DNA from: Azolla caroliniana
Taxonomy: Eukaryota > Plantae > Polypodiophyta
Length of the DNA stretch: 64,000 nt
Direction: 5' to 3'
NCBI GenBank assembly: GCA_043228905.1
Contig: JBHGNT010000038.1
Span: 186,001 to 250,000, forward strand
Of the stretch, positions 55,201 to 64,000 are shown piece after piece. Under the pieces are notes generated by a model. That model did not search any database. It was not told where the DNA came from and saw only the letters and a program-made list of their open reading frames with translations. The translations under genes and the position numbers were made by a program. Positions within the stretch are counted from its first letter, which is position 1, and the number at the start of each line of letters is the position of its first letter.

Positions 55201-57660
55201 ATATCGGATTTTTGTGTTCAAACATGCGAATCGAAGCTAACAACGCTAGCTGTGATTTGGAATTAAAAAATCAAGATTTTGAAACTCAGGTCGAGAGACA
55301 TGACGAAATTAGCAAATTTGAGGAGTGAGTTGAGAGGAGCCCTTGAGTAAATTAAAATGGTCATACCTAGCGAGTGTGATATCGCACTTTTGTGTACAAA
55401 CATGCGAATCGAAGCTAACAACGCTAGCTATGATATGGAATTAAAAAATCAAGAGTTTGAAACTCAGGTCGAGAGACATGACGAAATTTCCAAATTTCAG
55501 GAGGGAGTTGAGAAGAGCTAGTAGGTAAATTATAATGTTCATACCTGGTTCGTGTGATATCGGATTTTTGTGTTCAAACATGCGAATCGAAGCTAACAAC
55601 GCTAGCAATGATATGGAATTAAAAAATCAAGATTTTGAAACTCAGGTCGAGAGACATGACGAAATTACCAAATTTGAGGAGGGAGTTGAGAAGAGCTAGT
55701 AGGTAAATTACAATGTTCATACCTAGCGAGTGTGATATCGGATTTTTGTGTTCAAACATGCGATTCGAAGCTAACAACGTTAGCTATGATATGGAATTAC
55801 AAAATCAAGATTTTGAAACTCAGGTCGCGAGACATGAAGAAATTACCAAATTTGAGGAGTGAGGTTGGAAGAGCGTGTGAGTGAATTAAAATGTTCATAC
55901 CTGGCTCGTGTGATATCGGATTTTTGTGTTCAAACATGAGAATCGAAGCTAACAACGCTAGCTATGATATGGAATTAACAAAACAAGATTTTGAAACTCA
56001 GGTCGAGAGACATGACGAAATTAGCAAATTTGAGGTGTGAGTTGAGAGGAGCCCTTGAGTAAATTAAAATGGTCATACCTAGCTAGTGTGATATCGGATT
56101 TTTGTGTTCAAACATGCGAATCGAAGCTAACAATGTTAGCTATGATATGGAATTAAAAAATCAAGATTTTGAAACTCAGGTCGAGAGACATGACGAAATT
56201 TCCAAATTTCAGGAGGGAGTTGACAAGAGCTAGTAGGTAAATTATAATGTTCATACCTAGCTCGTGTTATATCGGATTTTTGTGTTCAAACATGCGAATC
56301 GAAGCTAACAACGCTAGCAATGATATGGAATTAAAAAATCAAGATTTTGAAACTCAGGTCGAGAGACATGACGAAATTACCAAATTTGAGGAGGGAGTTG
56401 AGAAGAGCTAGTAGGTAAATTACAATGTTCATACCTAGCGAGTGTGATATCGGATTTTTGTGTTCAAACATGCGAATCAAACCTAACAACGCTAGCTATG
56501 ATATAGAATTAAAAAAGCAAGATTTCGAAACTCAGGTCGAGAGTCATGACGAAATTAGCAAATTTGAGGAGTGAGTTGAGAGGAGCCCTTGAGTAAATTA
56601 AAATGGTCATACCTAGCGAGTGTGATATCGGATTTTTGTGTACAAACATGCGAATCTAAGCTAACAACGCTAGCTATGATATGGAATTAAAAAATCAAGA
56701 TTTTGAAACTCAGGTCGAGACACATGACGAAATTAGCAAATTTGAGGAGTGAGTTGAGAGGAGCCCTTGAGTAAATTAAAATGTTCATACCTGGCTCGTG
56801 TGATATCGGATTTTTGTGTACAAACATGCGAATCGAAGCTAACAACGCTAGCTATGATATGGAATTAAAAAATCAAGATTTTGAAACCCAGGTCGAGAGA
56901 CATGACGAAATTACCAAATTTGAGGAGGGAGTTGAGAGGAGCCCTTGAGTAAATTAAAATGGTCATACCTAGCGAGTGTGATATCGGATTTTTGTGTACA
57001 AACATGCGAATCGAAGCTAACAACGCTAGCTATGATATGGAATTAAAAAATCAAGATTTTGAAACTCAGGTCGAGAGACATGACGAAATTTCCAAATTTC
57101 AGGAGGGAGTTGACAAGAGCTAGTAGGTAAATTATAATGTTCATACCTGGTTCGTGTGATATTGGATTTTTGTGTTCAAACATTCGAATCGAAGCTAACA
57201 ACGCTAGCTATGATATGGAATTACAAAATCAAGATTTTGAAACTCCAGTCGAGAGACATGATGAAATTGCCAAATTTGACGAGTGACGTTGGAAGAGCGC
57301 GTGAGTGAATTAAAATGTTCATACCTGGCTCGTGTGATATCGGATTTTTGTGTTCAAACATGGAAATCGAAGCTAACAACGCTAGCTATGATATGGAATT
57401 AAAAAATCAATATTTTGAAAATCAGGTCGAGAGGCATGACGAAATTAGCAAATTTGAGGAGTGAGTTGAGAGGAGCCCTTGAGTAAATTAAAATGTTCAT
57501 ACCTAGTGAGCGTGATATCGGATTTTTATGTTCAAACATGCGAATCGAAGCTAACAACGCTAGCTGTGATTTGGAATTAAAAAATCAAGATTTTGAAACT
57601 CAGGTCGAGAGACATGACGAAATTAGCAAATTTGAGGAGTGAGTTGAGAGGAGCCCTTGA
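48770..57660 (+). repeat. 13-mer HOR (2,314 bp), about 3.8 near-identical copies
   Basis: GGTCGCGAGA at 48881/51195/53509/55823 and GCTGTGATTTGG at 50621/52935/55249/57563. Confidence 0.94.
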
Positions 57661-57769
57661 GTAAATTAAAATGTTCATACCTAGTGAGCGTGATATCGGA
57701 TTTTTGTGTTCAAACATGCGAATCGAAGCTAACAACGCTAGCTGTGATTTGGAATTAAAAAATCAAGAT

Positions 57770-60700
57770 TTTGAAACCCAGGTCGAGAGACATGACGAAA
57801 TTACCAAATTTGAGGAGGGAGTTGAGAGGAGCCCTTGAGTAAATTAAAATGGTCATACCTAGCGAGTGTGATATCGCACTTTTGTGTACAAACATGTGAA
57901 TCGAAGCTAACAACGCTAGCTATGATATGGAATTGAAAAATCAAGATTTTGAAACTCAGGTGGAGAGACATGACGAAATTAGCAAATTTGAGGAGTGAGT
58001 TGAGAGGAGCCCTTGAGTAAATTAAAATGTTCATACCTAGCGAGTGTGATATCGCACTTTTGTGTTCAAACATTGGAATCGAAGCTAACAACGCTAGGTA
58101 TGATATAGAATTAAAAAATCAAGATTTTGAAACTCAGGTCGAGAGACATGACGAAATTAGCAAATTTGAGGAGGGAGTTGAGAGGAGCCCTTGAGTAAAT
58201 TAAAATGTTCATACATAGCGAGTGTGATATCGGATTTTTGTGTACAAACATGCGAATCGAAGCTAACAACGCTAGCTATGATATGGAATTAAAAAATCAA
58301 GATTTTGAAACTCAGGTCGAGAGACATGACGAAATTTCCAAATTTCAGGAGGGAGTTGAGAAGAGCTAGTAGGTAAATTATAATGTTCATAACTGGTTCG
58401 TGTGATATCGGATTTTTGTGTTCAAACATTCGAATCGAAGTTAACAACGCTAGCTATGATATGGAATTACAAAATCAAGATTTTGAAACTCCAGTCGAGA
58501 GACATGATAAAATTACCAAATTTGAGGAGTGACGTTGGAAGAGCGCGTGAGTGAATTAAAATGTTCATACCTGGCTCGTGTGATATCGGATTTTTGTGTT
58601 CAAACATGCGAATCGAAGCTAACAACGCTAGCTATCATATGGAATTAAGAAATCAAGATTTTGACACTCAGGTCAAGAGACATGACGAAATTAGCAAATT
58701 TGAGGAGTGAGTTGAGAGGAGCCCTTGAGTAAATTAAAATGGTCATACCTAGCGAGTGTGATATCGGATTTTTGTGTACAAACATGCGAATCGAAGCTAA
58801 CAACGCTAGCTATGATATGGAATTAAAAAATCAAGATTTTGAAACTCAGGTCGAGAGACATGACGACATTTCCAAATTTCAGGAGGGAGTAGAGAAGAGC
58901 TTGTAGGTAAATTATAATGTTCATACCTGGTTCGTGTGATATTGGATTTTTGTGTTCAAACATTCGAATCGAAGCTAACAACGCTAGCTATGATATGGAA
59001 TTACAAAATCAAGATTTTGAAACTCCAGTCGAGAGACATGATAAAATTACCAAATTTGAGGAGTGACGTTGGAAGAGCGCGTGAGTGAATTAAAATGTTC
59101 ATACCTGGCTCGTGTGATATCGGATTTTTGTGTTCAAACATGCGAATCGAAGCTAACAACGCTAGCTATCATATGGAATTAAGAAATCAAGATTTTGACA
59201 CTCAGGTCAAGAGACATGACGAAATTAGCAAATTTGAGGAGTGAGTTGAGAGGAGCCCTTGAGTAAATTAAAATGGTCATACCTAGCGAGTGTGATATCG
59301 GATTTTTGTGTACAAACATGCGAATCGAAGCTAACAACGCTAGCTATGATATGGAATTAAAAAATCAAGATTTTGAAACTCAGGTCGAGAGACATGACGA
59401 CATTTCCAAATTTCAGGAGGGAGTAGAGAAGAGCTAGTAGGTAAATTATAATGTTCATACCTGGTTCGTGTGATATTGGATTTTTGTGTTCAAACATTCG
59501 AATCGAAGCTAACAACGCTAGCTATGATATGGAATTACAAAATCAAGATTTTGAAACTCCAGTCGAGAGACATGATAAAATTACCAAATTTGAGGAGTGA
59601 CGTTGGAAGAGCGCGTGAGTGAATTAAAATGTTCATACCTGGCTCGTGTGATATCGGATTTTTGTGTTCAAACATGTGAATCGAAGCTAACAACGCTAGC
59701 TATCATATGGAATTAAGAAATCAAGATTTTGACACTCAGGTCAAGAGACATGACGAAATTAGCAAATTTGAGGAGTGAGTTGAGAGGAGCCCTTGAGTAA
59801 ATTAAAATGGTCATACCTAGCGAGTGTGATATCGGATTTTTGTGTACAAACATGCGAATCGAAGCTAACAACGCTAGCTATGATATGGAATTAAAAAATC
59901 AAGATTTTGAAACTCAGGTCGAGAGACATGACGACATTTCCAAATTTCAGGAGGGAGTAGAGAAGAGCTAGTAGGTAAATTATAATGTTCATACCTGGTT
60001 CGTGTGATATTGGATTTTTGTGTTCAAACATTCGAATCGAAGCTAACAACGCTAGCTATGATATGGAATTACAAAATCAAGATTTTGAAACTCCAGTCGA
60101 GAGACATGATAAAATTACCAAATTTGAGGAGTGACGTTGGAAGAGCGCGTGAGTGAATTAAAATGTTCATACCTGGCTCGTGTGATATCGGATTTTTGTG
60201 TTCAAACATGCGAATCGAAGCTAACAACGCTAGCTATCATATGGAATTAAGAAATCAAGATTTTGACACTCAGGTCGAGAGACATGACGAAATTAGCAAA
60301 TTTGAGGAGTGAGTTGAGAGGATCCCTTGAGTAAATTAAAATGGTCATACCTAGCGAGTGTGATATCGGATTTTTGTGTACAAACATGCGAATCGAAGCT
60401 AACAACGCTAGCTATGATATGGAATTAAAAAATCAAGATTTTGAAACTCAGGTCGAGAGACATGACGACATTTCCAAATTTCAGGAGGGAGTAGAGAAGA
60501 GCTAGTAGGTAAATTATAATGTTCATACCTGGTTCGTGTGATATTGGATTTTTGTGTTCAAACATTCGAATCGAAGCTAACAACGCTAGCTATGATATGG
60601 AATTACAAAATCAAGATTTTGAAACTCCAGTCGAGAGACTTGATGAAATTGCCAAATTTGACGAGTGACGTTGGAAGAGCGCGTGAGTGAATTAAAATGT

Positions 60701-62400
60701 TCATACCTGGCTCGTGTGATATCGGATTTTTGTGTTCAAACATGGAAATCGAAGCTAACAACGCTAGCTATGATATGGAATTAAAAAATCAATATTTTGA
60801 AAATCAGGTCGAGAGGCATGACGAAATTAGCAAATTTGAGGAGTGAGTTGAGAGGAGCCCTTGAGTAAATTAAAATGTTCATACCTAGTGAGCGTGATAT
60901 CGGATTTTTGTGTTCAAACATGCGAATCGAAGCTAACAACGCTAGCTATGATATGGAATTAAAAAATCAAGATTTTGAAACTCAGGTCGAGAGACATGAC
61001 GAAATTAACAACCTTGACGAGGGAGTTGAGAGGAGCCCTTAAGTAAATAAAAATGTTCATACCTAGCTCGTGTGATATCGGATTTCTGTGTTCAAACATG
61101 CGAATCGAAGCTAACAACGCTAGCTGTGATTTGGAATTAAAAAATCAAGATTTTGACACTCAGGTCGAGAGACATGACGAAATTAGCAAATTTGAGGAGT
61201 GAGTTGAGAGGAGCCCTTGAGTAAATTAAAATGGTCATACCTAGCGAGTGTGATATCGGATTTTTGTGTACAAACATGCGAATCGAAGCTAACAACGGTA
61301 GCTATGATATGGAATTAAAAAAGCAAGATTTTGAAACTCAGGTCGAGATACATGACGAAATTTCCAAATTTCAGGAGGGAGTTGACAAGAGCTAGTAGGT
61401 AAATTATAATGTTCATACCTGGTTCGTGTGATATTGGATTTTTGTGTTCAAACATTCGAATCGAAGCTAACAACGCTAGCTATGATATGGAATTACAAAA
61501 TCAAGATTTTGAAACTCCAGTCGAGAGACATGATGAAATTGCCAAATTTGACGAGTGACGTTGGAAGAGCGCGTGAGTGAATTAAAATGTTCATACCTGG
61601 CTCGTGTGATATCGGATTTTTGTGTTCAAACATGGAAATCGAAGCTAACAACGCTAGCTATGATATGGAATTAAAAAATCAATATTTTGAAAATCAGGTC
61701 GAGAGGCATGACGAAATTAGCAAATTTGAGGAGTGAGTTGAGAGGAGCCCTTGAGTAAATTAAAATGTTCATACCTAGTGAGCGTGATATCGGATTTTTG
61801 TGTTCAAACATGCGAATCGAAGCTAACAACGCTAGCTATGATATGGAATTAAAAAATCAAGATTTTGAAACTCAGGTCGAGAGACATGACGAAATTAGCA
61901 ACCTTGACGAGGGAGTTGAGAGGAGCCCTTAAGTAAATAAAAATGTTCATACCTAGCTCGTGTGATATCGGATTTTTGTGTTCAAACATGCGAATCGAAG
62001 CTAACAACGCTAGCTGTGATTTGGAATTAAAAAATCAAGATTTTGAAACTCAGGTCGAGAGACATGACGAAATTAGCAAATTTGAGGAGTGAGTTGAGAG
62101 GAGCCGTTGAGTAAATTAAAATGGTCATACCTAGCGAGTGTGATATCGGATTTTTGTGTACAAACATGCGAATCGAAGCTAACAACGCTAGCTATGATAT
62201 GGAATTAAAAAATCAAGATTTTGAAACTCAGGTCGAGATACATGACGAAATTTCCAAATTTCAGGAGGGAGTTGACAAGAGCTAGTAGGTAAATTATAAT
62301 GTTCATACCTGGTTCGTGTGATATTGGATTTTTGTGTTCAAACATTCGAATCGAAGCTAACAACGCTAGCTATGATATGGAATTACAAAATCAAGATTTT
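57770..62400 (+). repeat. Dispersed copy of the 29-mer block ~37480-42110 (offset 20,288 = 114x178-4)
   Basis: ORF pair 37513/57801; GCTTGTAG at 38611/58899; GGATCC at 40032/60320. The private variants AAATTAACAACC and GGATTTCTG, and the CGGTAGC...AAAAGCAAG monomer, are shared. Confidence 0.9.
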
Positions 62401-64000
62401 GAAACTCCAGTCGAGAGACATGATGACATTGCCAAATTTGACGAGTGACGTTGGAAGAGCGCGTGAGTGAATTAAAATGTTCATACCTGGCTCGTGTGAT
62501 ATCGGATTTTTGTGTTCAAACATGGAAATCGAAGCTAACAACGCTAGCTATGATATGGAATTAAAAAATCAATATTTTGAAAATCAGGTCGAGAGGCATG
62601 ACGAAATTAGCAAATTTGAGGAGTGAGTTGAGAGGAGCCCTTGAGTAAATTAAAATGTTCATACCTAGTGAGCGTGATATCGGATTTTTGTGTTCAAACA
62701 TGCGAATCGAAGCTAACAACGCTAGCTATGATATGGAATTAAAAAATCAAGATTTTGAAACTCAGGTCGAGAGACATGACGAAATTAGCAACCTTGACGA
62801 GGGAGTTGAGAGGAGCCCTTAAGTAAATAAAAATGTTCATACCTAGCTCGTGTGATATCGGATTTTTGTGTTCAAACATATCGAAGCTAACAACGCTAGA
62901 TGTGATTTGGAATTAAAAAATCAAGATTTTGAAACTCAGGTCGAGAGACATGACAAAATTACCAAATTTCAGGAGGGAGTTGAGAGGGGCCCTTGAGTAA
63001 ATTAAAATGTTCATACCTAGCGAGTGTGATATCGGATTTTTGTGTTCAAACATGCGATTCGAAGCTAACAACGTTAGCTATGATATGGAATTACAAAATC
63101 AAGATTTTGAAACTCAGGTCGCGAGACATGAAGAAATTACCAAATTTGAGGAGTGAGGTTGGAAGAGCGTGTGAGTGAATTAAAATGTTCATACCTGGCT
63201 CGTGTGATATCGGATTTTTGTGTTCAAACATGAGAATCGAAGCTAACAACGCTAGCTATGATATGGAATTAACAAAACAAGATTTTGAAACTCAGGTCGA
63301 GAGACATGACGAAATTAGCAAATTTGAGGTGTGAGTTGAGAGGAGCCCTTGAGTAAATTAAAATGGTCATACCTAGCTAGTGTGATATCGGATTTTTGTG
63401 TTCAAACATGCGAATCGAAGCTAACAATGTTAGCTATGATATGGAATTAAAAAATCAAGATTTTGAAACTCAGGTCGAGAGACATGACGAAATTTCCAAA
63501 TTTCAGGAGGGAGTTGACAAGAGCTAGTAGGTAAATTATAATGTTCATACCTAGCTCGTGTTATATCGGATTTTTGTGTTCAAACATGCGAATCGAAGCT
63601 AACAACGCTAGCAATGATATGGAATTAAAAAATCAAGATTTTGAAACTCAGGTCGAGAGACATGACGAAATTACCAAATTTGAGGAGGGAGTTGAGAAGA
63701 GCTAGTAGGTAAATTACAATGTTCATACCTAGCGAGTGTGATATCGGATTTTTGTGTTCAAACATGCGAATCAAACCTAACAACGCTAGCTATGATATAG
63801 AATTAAAAAAGCAAGATTTCGAAACTCAGGTCGAGAGTCATGACGAAATTAGCAAATTTGAGGAGTGAGTTGAGAGGAGCCCTTGAGTAAATTAAAATGG
63901 TCATACCTAGCGAGTGTGATATCGGATTTTTGTGTACAAACATGCGAATCTAAGCTAACAACGCTAGCTATGATATGGAATTAAAAAATCAAGATTTTGA
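62330..64000 (+). repeat. Dispersed copy of block ~47560-49760 (offset 14,770, lacking the extra 3-mer)
   Basis: Shares the 4-bp deletion and the GCTAGATGTG and TGACAAAATT variants; ORF pair 48223/62993. Confidence 0.88.

Larger units (their letters stand above)
1..64000 (+). repeat. Tandem satellite array, 178-bp monomer, about 360 head-to-tail copies (putative centromeric/pericentromeric satellite)
   Basis: AATG(G/T)TCATA recurs at 3, 181, 359 and onward. Consensus is approximately AAATGTTCATACCTAGCGAGTGTGATATCGGATTTTTGTGTTCAAACATGCGAATCGAAGCTAACAACGCTAGCTATGATATGGAATTAAAAAATCAAGATTTTGAAACTCAGGTCGAGAGACATGACGAAATTAGCAAATTTGAGGAGTGAGTTGAGAGGAGCCCTTGAGTAAATTA. Homologous ORF starts at 11737 and 33453 are exactly 122x178 apart. 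The satellite call is direct; the centromeric role is inferred from the monomer length and HOR organisation. Confidence 0.98.

Noticed and set aside
506-63178. About 90 short ORFs (60-96 aa) on both strands
   Set aside because: They are about one monomer long and appear only where SNPs remove the consensus TAA in GAATTAAAA or other stops. Many begin at TTG or GTG and none has a recognisable domain. Because 178 is not a multiple of 3, no long reading frame can persist.
1-64000. CRISPR-like alternation of conserved and variable segments
   Set aside because: The variable segments are homologous alleles of three subtypes, not unique spacers, and there are no cas genes or leader.
1-64000. Identity with Arabidopsis CEN178, alpha satellite/CENP-B box, or 5S rDNA/tRNA arrays
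   Set aside because: Only the length is similar. I recognise no diagnostic sequence, no CENP-B box and no 5S or tRNA internal motifs. A database search is still needed.
1-64000. Transposon insertion, inversion or telomeric repeat within the array
   Set aside because: The monomer phase is accounted for throughout by the listed indels, and I saw no foreign or reverse-oriented sequence.

Overview
The whole 64-kb window is one uninterrupted, single-orientation tandem satellite array of about 360 copies of a 178-bp AT-rich monomer. The monomer length and organisation are typical of a eukaryotic, probably plant, centromeric or pericentromeric satellite. I do not recognise the family: it has the same length as Arabidopsis CEN178 but not its sequence as I recall it. 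I found no genes, transposons, RNA genes or CRISPR arrays, and all listed ORFs are artefacts of the repeat. The interest lies in the architecture. There are three recurrent monomer subtypes (A, B, C), usually in the order B-C-A. Local, nested higher-order repeats (HORs) of 3, 4, 5, 6/7, 13, 13.5, 14, 17/22 and 29/24 monomers replace each other along the array, and there are long-range block duplications with offsets of 7,298, 14,770 and 20,288 bp. Only three distinct net-length indels were found (-91, +1, -4 bp), each propagated by duplication. Block boundaries were read by eye and are approximate; periods come from exact marker offsets.
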